A DNA stretch of 64,000 nt from an uncultured Spirochaetota bacterium (GTDB taxonomy: Bacteria; Spirochaetota; Spirochaetia; SZUA-6; Fen-1364). Location of the stretch: contig CAVTHO010000004.1 in NCBI GenBank assembly GCA_963734545.1, positions 160,001 to 224,000 on the forward strand, written 5' to 3'. Below the pieces are notes generated by a model. It had not been told where the DNA came from. It did no database searches and was given only the letters and a program-made list of their open reading frames with translations. This document shows, one piece after another, positions 10,301 through 21,546 of this stretch. Numbering within the stretch: the first letter of the stretch is position 1; every line of letters begins with the position of its first letter. The position numbers and the translations under genes are program-made.

Positions 10301-13300
10301 GAGGTCGCTCTCCTGAGCGGTGCCTGCAACGAGAGCAGAGAGGTAATCATGGAACCGGGCGACGGCCCCGGCATCACCGCTGTCAACTGAAAGCTGCGCG
10401 GTAAAGGCCTCTTCGGCGCGTGCAAGGCTGTTGAACGCCTCCAGAACCAGGTTGTCCTTTGAACCGGCAGCGCTTCGCGCGTAGATTGCCTCATCCCGAG
10501 TCTCAGCGCTGGCCGCGGTCGTGATTGTCACCCCCGGGCCCACATTCGAGTCACTCAAGTAGTCGCGCCAGGATGCGGGGGCATCCGTCTGGCCGGCGAC
10601 GTACGTCCAATAGGCTGCCTCTGCCCGATCCACCGCGACTTCATGAGAAAGAGACATCGCCTTTTCGGCTATCTCGCGCATGGACACGGACGCTGCCCCG
10701 TCCAGTGGAGCGGCTGCGACGGCCTTGTACCAATCGAGGTAGGTGTCCGTTGAAATGGCCGCAAAGAACGCGTCGTCCCACTGATCGATCGAGATGGCCC
10801 CGATGAGGCTGCACTTTGCTGCAGCATCGTCAGGATCGCCTCCTGCAACTCTTTCCGCATAGGCCTCGGGACTGCCGTCGAACGCCCCCAGATAGCCGCG
10901 AGCCTTCATCATGACGTCCTTGAACCCGCCTACCCTTGTCAGGCTCGCAGGGCTGGTTGAGAGAAAGCTCATGAGCTCGTCAGGGACCGGTAGCCCCTGG
11001 GAGAGCAGCATCTTGGCGCGATACTCTGCCGCAGAGGCGCCTGCTCCTGCGAACGCTTCTGCCTCCAGGTCGAAGCTCTTTCCCGCGTACGAGGACACAT
11101 CCCCTGCATGGCCCAGGCCTGCGCGATCGCGCAGGAATACGGCAAGTGCGCTCCGCTCGGAATCGTCCGCGCCTTGCGCCTGAGCGGCAAGGGTCAGGGC
11201 TATGGCGCGCTCGTACACAGCGCCTGGTTCACCCAGGCTTCTGACGGCGGCAAGGCGCGCATCGAAGGTGTCTCCCATGAGGACCCGTCTGAAGAGACTC
11301 TCCTTGTCCTCATATCCAGATGCGAGTCCCTCGCAAAGCGCAATGATTTCCTGCGGTGCCGGATGGTCTGCGTCGAAGCTCTCGAGGTACGTGCTCAGGG
11401 CTGCTTCCAGATCCTCCTGAGTGGACCAATTGTGAGCAGCCACCTCCTCCCAAAGTCTCATTGCTTCCGGCGCAATCGAGCTCGCGGAGATGCCCGAAAC
11501 GGTCTGCGCCACGCTCACCGTGTTCCACGTTCTATAAGCGGAGATGCGCTGGCCTTCCACTGAAGCTCCGTAATTGGTGGCAAGAAGCTCCGCGGCCCTG
11601 GCAGCTATGCTGTCTGCCAGGCTGGCAGGCATGCCCGCGGCAAGCCCGGCTGCTATCGTGCGCAGCGGCCTGCCGGGATCGGCAATGAATTGTTTTGCCG
11701 CTTCCGCGGCACCCGCGTTGACGATCAGATCCTTTGCGGCGTTCGTGAATGGCGATGACGCACCGGGCCGGGCATACAGCTCCACCAGTGAAGCGAACCT
11801 GTCCATGCCCTGCAGGCCCTGGGTAATGCGATCAAAGTCGGCCAGGGTAGCGGCAGCTTGTGAAGCGGACGCCTCCGCCGCCGCGGCCCTGTCTGCTGCC
11901 CCGGCCAGGGAGCCCCTGCGGACAGCATCAGCGGCAGCGTACCGGGAGAGAGCTTCGCAGTATTCGCTCACACGGTCCTCGAGCCAGCGGGGCCCGTCCG
12001 CTGTCGCGGCCCGCAGCGCGCCTCCCAGTTCGGCAACGAATCGACCAGCGGCCTGGCTATCCAGGATGGAAGCAGCCGCCGCCACGTCTTCTGCAGAAGA
12101 CAACGAAGCGTTCTCCGGCACGCGCAGTCCCCTGTCCGTGAATACTTTCTTCACCGCATCCAGGGATTCGGACTCTCTCTCCGCGATCAACGCCGTGCTG
12201 GTGCCTGCGGCATGGCTCCATGCCGCCTGAAGACGTCGGGCGCGCTCCGCCTCCCTGTACTGGGGCAAGCAGAACGCGAGGGTGAGGTCTCCTGCCTGGG
12301 TATCCACGAATGTGCCCGTGCCGCCTGCAAATGCCTGGATCCACGCGTCTGTGCTCGTCAGCGCGCGGAGTCGGGCCAAGCCCGTTGCGGTGTCCGCTGC
12401 GCTGTCCAGCGCACTGAGCAGCGCATCCAACGCACCTGCGCGATGGAGTGCTTCAGCCTGATCCAGACCCGGTTGCGCTGATTTTGCCAGCATGACAGCG
12501 TCCTGGTCGGAAGGGCTGCCATTCCCTGCCATCTCGAGCCAGGCCTGCAGTCCTCGTTTCTCAGCCCTTGCGCGCGCAGCTACCAGGGCCAGCGCAGCCG
12601 TGGGCATTGTCGGCAGACAATCGGTCCGCCAAGGATCCTTCGCTCCGCGTGCCTCCTGATTCGTTGTACCAGCTTTCCGCATCCGTGGCGCCGCTGGCCC
12701 GCACTTCAGCGAGCCGTTCCTGGTATGCGGCATCTGCCCGCACGTTGAGCAGGCCAAGGTAATTGAGAAGCTTCGCTCCCGCGGTTGCCTTTGCGTCCCC
12801 CACGGTTGCGTCGCGCCAGGCGGCAAAAAGGGCTGATACGGCCGCGTAGTCGGGCGCATCGATCGGCACGCCAAGCTCGTCAATGGATGAGGGAATCCGA
12901 TCCACGAAACCCGGCACCCGGATTCGCTCAGCCGCGCTCTTCAGGTCTGCAAGCGGGGCAACCCCGGACTCTGGATCGCCCTTGACCAGGACCGCGGCGC
13001 TCTGCCAGGCACCGTCGACTGCAAGATCAAAGCCGTGCAGCCTCGCTGCGGTGAAGTAGGCTGTGCTCGCTTCGGTGAGCCAGGTGTCGGATCCGGACAT
13101 CCCGCTCGCGTCCAGCAGGTCCTTGTACTTCTGCTCGATCTGCCCCTTATAGAAATCCACTGTCCCGCTCTGCGTAGAGACGAGCGCGTCCACATATTCC
13201 TGGCGAGCCTGCTCATAGTCGGCAGAGGCCTCGTCAGCGGCAGCCTGGGCCGCCTGAAGGGCCTGGCGCGCAGCGGCCAGTCCCGCGCCTCCATCCTGCA

Positions 13301-15436
13301 GGCCCTTCACTGCTGCTTGATATTCATCCAGCCGCGTCTCATAGACGGTCTTGGCCGCGTTGTACTTCTTCGTCCCCTGTGTCGGCAGTCTCACGGCCGC
13401 TCGAGATGTCCTGGGCATATGCGACGACCGAGTCGGCAATGGCTTTCCTCTGTTTCCAGTAGTCCTCTATGGCCTTGGCACGGAGAAGCTCGAGCTGATA
13501 CTCGTCAAGGTATGCGACACCCGGAGTCGGCGTCCGTCTTCAAGACATCCCTGAGGTCAGCTATCTGCGATCCAAAAGCGCTCCCCAGGGCGTCCTCGAG
13601 TCCCTCCTTGGCCGTGGCAGCCTGCGCGGTGTACGTGTCGATCATGTTGAGCCAATCGCCCATCCGGCTCATGCGCTCCCAGGCAGTCTGGACCGCGTCT
13701 GCCTGGGAAGAGTTGCCGTCCGTCTGCTTCAGGAAGCTCTCATATGTGGCAAGCGCCAGGTTCAGGGCAGAGTTCTCTCCCTGAACCGGCCCGCTGGCAT
13801 TGACCACACGCATCTTGTTGTGGACAGGCACTCGCTGCGCAATCAGATTGCTCAGGCTTTGAATCTGCAGATTCTAGGAGGCGATCTTTGCGGCCGGCTC
13901 CTTGATGAGCTGTGCGACCAAATATGGCGAGTTTGGATATGCCTTTTTGATACGCACGATATCGAATTCGAGGTCCGCAATTTCCGCTTGATAGTAAGAC
14001 CACGCCTGGGTATATGCGCTTATCTGGGAAGACAGCGTGTTGACGTATCCTGCCCACGTCTGCGTGCGCCAGGCGGTCAGGGCCGGCACAGCGTCCTTGG
14101 AGAAAACCAGGTATTCGCCGTTTCCGTCCCTTATGTTGAGCTTCTGTATCACCTCCTGGCCCGAGGCCACGGCAGTGGAGATGACCTGGAGGGATTGCGC
14201 GTACATGTCGACAAGCGCGCCCACCCTCTCCTGCATGCCGGCCAGCCGCTCGTTTCGTTCGTTCTGGAACTCATTCCGGGCAGTATTGATTGCAGCGGCA
14301 AGCTGGTTCTGTTCGCCCTCCCACTTTGCCTTGCCGGATTGAAGGAGTGTATCGACCTTCTGCTCCCATGCCCGGCGTTCTGTGGAGAGCCGCGCGAATG
14401 CCGCGGACCACGCTGCCTCTCCCTCTTTGTAGGACTTCCCCGCGTCCCGCTCCCACTCCATGCGGCTGGTGAGGAACTTCTCCTCTGCCGCGTCCCACTT
14501 GGAGAGCCCTTTCTCGAACGCCGCCTTGAAGCTCTCAAGCCACTGCTGCACGTCTATCGAAGGAACGCTGGAATCCACCGAGTCGGGACTCAGCGCCAAT
14601 CCGGATCTGATCTGCTCGATTCCCTCCTCGGTCTGGGCCCGGGTCTCCTTCACAATCTGGTCGGCAACGGCATCCGCGGTCGTTGACTCGCTCTTCTTGC
14701 GCAGCGAGTATTGATCATAGAGCCGCCGCGCCGTCAGGGACAGCTCGCCCTGGAGCGCCACCCTCTCCATCTCACGCCGCAGGCCTGCCTCGCGGCTGCT
14801 CTTGTACTCCCCATACCTGGCAAGCGCTTCGGGACCCAGAAGGCCGCCCAGCTCGGGCGCAAAAGCAGCGTCCACCCTTGATTCCCACGCGGCAAGGACC
14901 TCGTCCGTGGCAGAGGCCACCCGGGCCTTCCAGCCTTCCCTGTCCGCCTCCACCCCGGTTGCCCCGTGCAGGACCGGGTCACCGCTCTCATCGAGGACGA
15001 TGTTTCCCGCTTCATCAGTCGTGTACAGGTACTGCAGGTCTGCCTCGGTGATGGCCCGCAGCACTGCTTCGCTTCCCAGGGAGCCCTGTCGATCGAAGAA
15101 GCGTCTGGTCAGCCACGCCTCGTAGCGCTGCTCTGTCTGCGCGCCCACCCAATCGGAAAGTTGCGCCCTGGCCCGGGCAATCTGGTCGGGATCGGTGTAG
15201 AGATCCGAGGCCTCGCGCTCCCAGAGAGAGACCGCGGCCTCGGCTCCGAAAAGTGCTACTCTTTCCCAGGCAGAGCTTTCACGCTCCAGGTCTGCCCGGT
15301 TGTAGTAGACTTCCAGCGTTTCTTTCTTGAAGCCCTTGATGCTGCCGGGCAGCTCCTGCCCCGCCAACGCAGCGGTGGTCAACAGGGCGAATATGCAGGC
15401 GATGAGGTATTTCCATGAAAGGTGGAATGCCTTCAT
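4382..15436 (-). CDS. Giant (~3,700 aa) secreted alanine-rich helical protein with a hydrophobic Gly/Ala segment, HExxH motif and C-terminal NlpC/P60 domain; putative polymorphic toxin, interrupted by ~10 frameshifts and one in-frame TAG
   Basis: GGAGGAGAGG RBS then MKAFHLSWKYLIACIFALLTTAALAG (signal peptide) at 15436. Consecutive minus-strand ORFs 13874-15436, 13505-13831, 12561-13439, 9836-12883, 9342-9923, 8900-9379, 8380-9186, 6699-8549, 6551-6736, 6154-6633 and 4382-6157 join into one sensible reading. Motifs HEGVH (~5835) and LDCVGYV...GDLVFL...HIGFY...IHS (~4600-4990). Confidence 0.72.
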
Positions 15437-15506
15437 GTTGTCCTCTCCTCCACGATTTTTAATAAAGACATTGGAGAGTATACATCTTTTTGAAGAGTTG
15501 AAAAGG

Positions 15507-18503
15507 TCAAGTTGCTGCCTCCGCAGGCTTTCTCCCACGCCGCCGGGCTCCACTTGCCGCCAGGCCGATCAGCGCGGGGACAAGAAGAACGGTTGCCGCA
15601 TAGGAGCCGGCAATACCCCAGATGATCACGAATGCAAGGGACCGCATGAACGCTGCCCCTGCTCCGGCTGCAAACAGCAGGGGCAGATGGCCCAGAACCG
15701 TGGCCCCCGAGGTTGCCGTCAGTGCAGACAGTCGGGAGAGCACTGCGTCTGCCACGGCACGGGGCCCGCGGCCCCGGCGGGAGCGATAGGCGTCCACGAT
15801 AAGGATGGAGTTGTTGACCGCCATTCCGCTCAGCACAATCAGGCCGATGAGCACCGGCACGACAAGGCGCTGCCCCGTGACGCGCATGATTATCAAGGGC
15901 AGGGTAACGGAGGCGGGCAGGACCGCCAGGATGACCAGGGGCCAGAGAAACGATTCGGTGAGAACGCCGAGCACGAGGTAGATGAGCAGAATGCAGAGCG
16001 CGAAGGTCAGCCAGAGGCTTCGAAACCGTTCCGCCTGCTCGACCAGGTCCCTGCCGACGTCAAACGCATAGCCCGAAGCAAGGGTGAAGGAACCGAGCGC
16101 GGCCTCCACGCTTCGCACGATTCCCCTGATGTCACCCGCTTCCACGTGGGCGGTGAGGTACACCGCCCTCTGCCGGTTGAGCCGGTAGAGCTTTCCCCCT
16201 TCGCGCACAACGTCGAATTGCCCCGTGAACTCGACCGGCACGGACCGTGAGTTGCCGACCGATACCGGAATGCCCCCGAGGTCTTTCGGCGACTGCTGCG
16301 CCCGCCTTGTTCCCATGACACGCAGATCGATCTCCCGATCTCCGCCCATCCACTTCAACGCAACCGGGCCGTACAGGTGCCAGCGGAGAGTGCCGGCCAC
16401 AGCCTCTGCAGTGGTCCCTGCCATCGCGGCGCGCTGCGGGTCCACCTTGAATACCCAGGAGTCTGCCGGCTCCTTGAAATTGAGAACCACCTCCCGGATC
16501 TTTTCTCCGCCGCCCAGGATCTGTGCAGCCTGCGCCGCATAGGTCTTGAGCGCCGCATCGTCATCCCCGGTGATCGCGATTTCAAGCGCCCGCTCTGTAG
16601 CGCCAGCTCCCTCCGGCAGATAGGCAAAGCCGCCGGGAATGTTGCGTCCCTCCTCCCTGATGATGCCGGACAGTTTTTCCCTGGGCAGAAGGGAGGAATT
16701 GAACCCCACCTCGACCTCCGCGCTTCCCCGTCGGGCCGTGCTCTGCACAACGGTGACTCCGGGGACCTTCCGCAGTCTTGCGATGAAGGAAGCGGTGCGT
16801 GAGTCCACGGCTTCGATGGAGGCGCCGCTTTCGCATTCGACATGAACCGGCACGCTGTCTGTCTGCGGCGGAGGCTCCAGGTCGATTCCTATGCTGGCAA
16901 CGGCCCAGATGCCGATGACGGCAAGCGCGGCACCTCCTGCAAGAGGCCAGGTAATCCGTGAGCTGCAGGCCGTCACGATCCGCTCCGCAAACGCCTGCGC
17001 CAGACCGCCCGCCTTGGCCATGGCCCTGTTCACCGGCCCGGGCGGCCGTGGTTTCGCGCGCCGGGCCGATCTCAGGGCCACAACATAAGGCGGAATGAAG
17101 AGACAGGACAGCAGGAACGAGATGGCCACGAGCATTGCCAGCGCAAAGGAGACCTTGCGGATTCCGCCGCCTCCGAAATCCAGCGTCATCAGGGGTATGA
17201 GCACAATGAGGGCTGTCACAGTGGAAGAGAGGAGGGCCGGGATGATGCGTTCGGCTTCCGCAAAGTACTTTTCCCTGCCCGCACCGGGCGTTGCCCGGCC
17301 CGCGATGATGATCCCCGTGTCGATCATGGTGCCGATGCCGATGGCGAGCCCGGACAAAACATACGTGTCCATGCTGAAGCCTGCGGCAGAGACCGCTGCA
17401 GCGCTCGCAAGGCCGATGACCGGAATCGACACGGAGATGGCGATGACCCGCCGGGCTCCGGAAATGAACAGCGGGAGGGTGACCGCGGACACCAGGACCG
17501 CAAATGCAATGGCCTCCAGGATGCTCCTGAGGGACTTCTCCAGATCTGCACCTGCGTCCAGAATGACGCCGAACTCCAGTCCCCTTCCCTCCCAGACGCC
17601 GAGCTCGGTCCTGATGGCCCGGGACAGCTCGATGAGGTTCGCGCCACCGGAGCTCTTCACGGCCAGAACGGCGTTTTCTGTACCGTTGACCCGGCTTATC
17701 TCGTCATGCTCTCGCGGTGCATAGTCCACGGCTGCAATGGAACCCAGGGCCAGGCTCGTGCCTGCCACGGGCAGCCGCAGACCCCGGAGCCCTTCGAGAT
17801 CTCCGAGGCGTCCGGAGAGCACGACAGCCAATTCGCTCCCCTCGGACCGGACAAGACCGAGCGGCGCCAGGAGCTCGTTGGATTGAATGGCCCGGGCAAC
17901 CATTGCCGCATCCAGTCCCGCGCGGGAAGCGCGCTGCTCGTCCAGAATGACATGAATCTCCCGGGGCGCCCCTCCTCCCACCTCCACTTCACCTGCCCCG
18001 TCGATCTTTTCCAGTGAAGGCTTCAGCTCCTTCTCCAGCATGGTGGCAAGGTCGGTCACGGACATGGAGGGGGACCGGGCGGATGCGATGAAGATCGGAC
18101 GGCCCTCTTCCCCGGAGGACAGAATTCGCGGGCGCTGCACGGAGCCCGGGAGCTGGCTGTACACCCGGTCCACGGAGTCCCTGAGCTGCAGGTAGGTTTC
18201 TCTTTCAGGGGTGCCGGGCTGCATGAAGACGGTGACACGCGCCGATCCGTAGTCGGAGAGGGAGCGCAGGGTCTTCAGACCGGGCAGGGAGCCCAGCGCG
18301 TCCTCCAGCGGCCGGGTGATGGTGCGCTCGATTTCCCGCGCATCCACGCCGAAGTGCTCCACGATGACCGAGTACGCTGCGCCGCCTTCTCCTCCTGAAG
18401 GACCCAGGCGGGCACCCGCCACAACGGCTCCTGACACGATCAGCACAATGAGCAGGCAGGTTGCCGAAGCCACGGGCTTGCGGTACAGGCTAGCGATCCC
18501 CAC
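15507..18503 (-). CDS. RND efflux permease (AcrB/AcrD/AcrF family), divergent second subunit
   Basis: EIERTITRPLEDAL, GAGEVEVGGG, SRVNG, GMAVNNSILIVD and two TM bundles. Likely GTG start at 18503 overlapping the end of the upstream RND gene. Confidence 0.88.
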   Translation of the reverse strand: MGIASLYRKPVASATCLLIVLIVSGAVVAGARLGPSGGEGGAAYSVIVEHFGVDAREIERTITRPLEDALGSLPGLKTLRSLSDYGSARVTVFMQPGTPERETYLQLRDSVDRVYSQLPGSVQRPRILSSGEEGRPIFIASARSPSMSVTDLATMLEKELKPSLEKIDGAGEVEVGGGAPREIHVILDEQRASRAGLDAAMVARAIQSNELLAPLGLVRSEGSELAVVLSGRLGDLEGLRGLRLPVAGTSLALGSIAAVDYAPREHDEISRVNGTENAVLAVKSSGGANLIELSRAIRTELGVWEGRGLEFGVILDAGADLEKSLRSILEAIAFAVLVSAVTLPLFISGARRVIAISVSIPVIGLASAAAVSAAGFSMDTYVLSGLAIGIGTMIDTGIIIAGRATPGAGREKYFAEAERIIPALLSSTVTALIVLIPLMTLDFGGGGIRKVSFALAMLVAISFLLSCLFIPPYVVALRSARRAKPRPPGPVNRAMAKAGGLAQAFAERIVTACSSRITWPLAGGAALAVIGIWAVASIGIDLEPPPQTDSVPVHVECESGASIEAVDSRTASFIARLRKVPGVTVVQSTARRGSAEVEVGFNSSLLPREKLSGIIREEGRNIPGGFAYLPEGAGATERALEIAITGDDDAALKTYAAQAAQILGGGEKIREVVLNFKEPADSWVFKVDPQRAAMAGTTAEAVAGTLRWHLYGPVALKWMGGDREIDLRVMGTRRAQQSPKDLGGIPVSVGNSRSVPVEFTGQFDVVREGGKLYRLNRQRAVYLTAHVEAGDIRGIVRSVEAALGSFTLASGYAFDVGRDLVEQAERFRSLWLTFALCILLIYLVLGVLTESFLWPLVILAVLPASVTLPLIIMRVTGQRLVVPVLIGLIVLSGMAVNNSILIVDAYRSRRGRGPRAVADAVLSRLSALTATSGATVLGHLPLLFAAGAGAAFMRSLAFVIIWGIAGSYAATVLLVPALIGLAASGARRRGRKPAEAAT

Positions 18504-21500
18504 GGCGCCCCCTCCCGCGGAGATAGATGATGAACAGACGAGGCAGGACGAAAAGAGTGAGAATGGTGGATACGAACAGGCCGCCGATGATGGCCACGGC
18601 CATGCCGCTCTCTGCCGAGGTGTGCGACAGGTCGATTGCAATAGGCAGCAGGGAAAGCACGGTGATGAGCATGGTGATGAGGATGGGGCGCATCCTGTCT
18701 GAGGTGCCCTGGTAGACGGCAGCCACCATCGGGACTCCCGACTTTCTCCGGGCCGAGTAGGTTTCATAGAGGATGATGGAGTTGTTCACCGCGATGCCGA
18801 AAAGCACGATGATCCCCAGCGCGGAGTCGAAGCTGATCGGCTTGCCCGAAACGGCCAGCGCAAGGCTGATTCCTGAAAAGGACAGGGGAAGCGCGGTCAG
18901 GAGAAGGGCCGGAAGGAGGAATGACTCGAATTGCGCGCCCAGGACGAGGTACAGCAGGACGATGACCAGGGCAAAAGCGGCTAGCAGGGCGCTGATGTTC
19001 TCCGCAAGCACGGAACCCTCGACTGATCTCACCCACTCGAAACGCCTCTCGAGCCTGCCTATTTCTGCCGTCACGCCGTGGTCCAGCCCGGCCGCGGGCT
19101 CGACGGCCACAATGACCGCATCTGCCCTGTCCCGCCTGTAGAGTGCGGGCACGGAAGGCTCTGAGCGCATGCGGACCAGCTCGGACAGGCGCGCCTCGGA
19201 ACCGCCGGGCGTGCTCACGACGATTGCCGGGAGGTCCTCAGGTCGGGATGCCTGGCGGCGGTCCACGCGGACGCGCACGTCCAGGTCTCTTCCCTCGATG
19301 CTCATCCGTGACGGATAGCTTCCCGTGATCGCGTTTCGGACCGTCTCCGCAAGGTCCGCCAGGGAGAGACCCGCAACTGTCACGGCATCCCGATTCGGTA
19401 TGAGCCGCACTTCGGACCGCTCCCCCTCGGGCTGCAGATTGACCCGGGCAGACAGGTCCCCCGATGGACCGCCCGGCTTGAACCTGGCCGATATGGTGCG
19501 CGCCCTGGCCTGCGCCTCGGCTTGCGTGGACCCTTTCACGACCATGGCCCTGCCGCCCCTTCCCAATCCGAGAAGGGGTGTGATGATGGAACCGGGAAGG
19601 CTGACCTCCACGACCGCGGACTCGATGTGAAGAGAAGAGCGTATGGCGGACGCCACGGCTGCGGTGGACTGCATGCGTCCCCTGGCCAGGAGGACGCGCA
19701 CGTGGATGATCTCCCTGCGTTCTTCGGGGTCCGCGTAGTACTGGGCGTCCTCCGGCTCACCTCCTGCCCGTGCGTACACTCCCTGCACGCCGGGGACCGC
19801 GGCACACGCGCGCGCCGCATCCGTGGACACGGAGGCGGTGCGTTCCAGCTCCGCTCCATAGGGCATGGTGATGGTCACATCGATCTCGCCTGTGTCCTGG
19901 GCCGGCATGAAGTCGAATCCGAGCAGGGGCACGCAGAGCACGCCGAGAGCGGTCAGCAGGGCAACGGCGGTCACGATGGTCCAGGGTTTTCGCAGTGTCG
20001 ACATGAGGGACCGGCGGAACAGGTGATCCGACCATGCGCGAGCCCGCGGGGCCTTTCTTCGGGCAGCGCGCCGCTCCAGTAAAAGGAAGAGCACGGGCAT
20101 CAGGGTGATGGAGGTGAGGAAGGAGGCGATCTGCGCAAAGATCACGGACAGGGAAAGGTCGGTAAACAGCGGACCCAGCAAGCCCGGAAGAAAGATGATG
20201 GGCAGGAATACAACGGTCAAAGTCAGCGTGGAGCCCAGGCGTGAAGTGGCGAGCTCCAGCGTGTGACGCAGGACGCTGTCCGCGGTTGCCTTGCCGATGA
20301 CGTGCCGCTTCTGGAGATTTTCCAGGATGACAACGTTGTTGTCCACGATCATTCCGATAGCAAGGGCAAGACCGCCCAGGGACATGATGTTGACTGTCCT
20401 GCCGAACACCTGGAGGGCAAGAAGCGTCACGGTTATTGCGATGGGCAGGGACAGCATGAGCAGTGCCGAGGTCCGGAAGTCTCGAATGAACACGATCAGG
20501 ACAATGAACGCGATCAGGGAACCTGCGAGCGTGGACAGGGCCAGGTTGCGAAGAGAGGCGGCAATGAAGAGCGAGCCGTCCGAGACGATCAGGATGTCGA
20601 GGTCCTTCCCGTAGGAGGCGGCAAGCCGGGCAACCTCCTCCTTCAACCCGGCAGAAACCCTGATCGGGCTGGCGCCTTTTCTTTTCATGACGCTCAGCCC
20701 GACTGCCTCCGCGCCGTTGACCTGGAAGAACGAGAGCCTTTCCCGCTTGTCCAGGGAGATGGAGGCGATGTCGGAGAGCCGAAGTGCCGAACGTCCACCC
20801 ACGAACCGGAACTCACCAAGGGCGGCTGGGTCTGCGACCGTTCCTGAGGCTTTGACCAGGTATTCCAGGCCTCCTGCCGTGACCGTGCCCGTGGGGTAGT
20901 CATAGTTGTTCTTTGCCACCAGGGATGCCACGTCGTTCAGCGTCAGCCCTTTGGAGGCCATCTGGGACTGGTCCACGGAGACGACCACCTCCTCCACCGC
21001 CCCTCCTGCCAGCACCACGGAACCGACACCTTCCACCTGCTGCAGGCGTGTCTTGATCTCGCGCTCACCCAACCTGCGGGCAAATGCCAGGTCTCCTGAG
21101 CGCGGCCGGACCGCCACGATCGCAATGGGGCGCTCCCCTGCCTCGGCAGGGAGCACCTGGGGTTTGCCCGCATCCGACGGCAGGGAGGTATAGGCCACGT
21201 CGATGCCCTCACGCGTCCTCACCGAGGCGGATACCATGTCTTCTCCCCAGGAGAACTCCAACGTGATGATGGACAGGCTGTCACGCGACACGGAAGACAC
21301 GCGCTTCACGCCCTTGACTGATGCGAGCTGGTCCTCCAGTGGAATCGTGATGAGCGAGCGCACCTCTGAGGCAGGCAGACCGGGATAGCTTGTGGACACG
21401 GTGAGCTTGGGAATGGTGAGCTCGGGCAGGAGCTCCAGCCGCAGGTTCAGAGAGGCTGCCACGCCGAGAATCATGACGCCGGCAAATATCATGAGGGTTG

Positions 21501-21540
21501 CCGTGGGGCGCTTGAGGGCGGCTGCAATCAGTCCACGCAC
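18490..21540 (-). CDS. RND efflux permease (AcrB/AcrD/AcrF family)
   Basis: KRPTAT, ELLPEL...YPG...EV...ITIPLE, NIMSLGGLALAIGMIVDNNVVILEN, GAQFESF, NNSII, RMRPILIT; 1016 aa. Confidence 0.95.
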   Translation of the reverse strand: MRGLIAAALKRPTATLMIFAGVMILGVAASLNLRLELLPELTIPKLTVSTSYPGLPASEVRSLITIPLEDQLASVKGVKRVSSVSRDSLSIITLEFSWGEDMVSASVRTREGIDVAYTSLPSDAGKPQVLPAEAGERPIAIVAVRPRSGDLAFARRLGEREIKTRLQQVEGVGSVVLAGGAVEEVVVSVDQSQMASKGLTLNDVASLVAKNNYDYPTGTVTAGGLEYLVKASGTVADPAALGEFRFVGGRSALRLSDIASISLDKRERLSFFQVNGAEAVGLSVMKRKGASPIRVSAGLKEEVARLAASYGKDLDILIVSDGSLFIAASLRNLALSTLAGSLIAFIVLIVFIRDFRTSALLMLSLPIAITVTLLALQVFGRTVNIMSLGGLALAIGMIVDNNVVILENLQKRHVIGKATADSVLRHTLELATSRLGSTLTLTVVFLPIIFLPGLLGPLFTDLSLSVIFAQIASFLTSITLMPVLFLLLERRAARRKAPRARAWSDHLFRRSLMSTLRKPWTIVTAVALLTALGVLCVPLLGFDFMPAQDTGEIDVTITMPYGAELERTASVSTDAARACAAVPGVQGVYARAGGEPEDAQYYADPEERREIIHVRVLLARGRMQSTAAVASAIRSSLHIESAVVEVSLPGSIITPLLGLGRGGRAMVVKGSTQAEAQARARTISARFKPGGPSGDLSARVNLQPEGERSEVRLIPNRDAVTVAGLSLADLAETVRNAITGSYPSRMSIEGRDLDVRVRVDRRQASRPEDLPAIVVSTPGGSEARLSELVRMRSEPSVPALYRRDRADAVIVAVEPAAGLDHGVTAEIGRLERRFEWVRSVEGSVLAENISALLAAFALVIVLLYLVLGAQFESFLLPALLLTALPLSFSGISLALAVSGKPISFDSALGIIVLFGIAVNNSIILYETYSARRKSGVPMVAAVYQGTSDRMRPILITMLITVLSLLPIAIDLSHTSAESGMAVAIIGGLFVSTILTLFVLPRLFIIYLRGRGRRGDR

Positions 21541-21546
21541 GCGAGC

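Noticed and set aside
13874-13876. Programmed readthrough or pyrrolysine at the in-frame TAG
   Set aside because: TAG is used as a normal stop by many genes here and no pyl genes are visible; mutation or sequencing error is simpler.
4382-15436. Prophage tape-measure protein, Rhs, RTX or CdiA identity for the giant gene
   Set aside because: No phage genes nearby, it has a signal peptide, and I see no YD, GGxGxD or haemagglutinin repeats and no TpsB partner.
15437-15510. Internal promoter for the giant gene (TATACT in an AT-rich spacer)
   Set aside because: The nearest TTGACC is 22 bp away, so the spacing is wrong; possible but unsupported.
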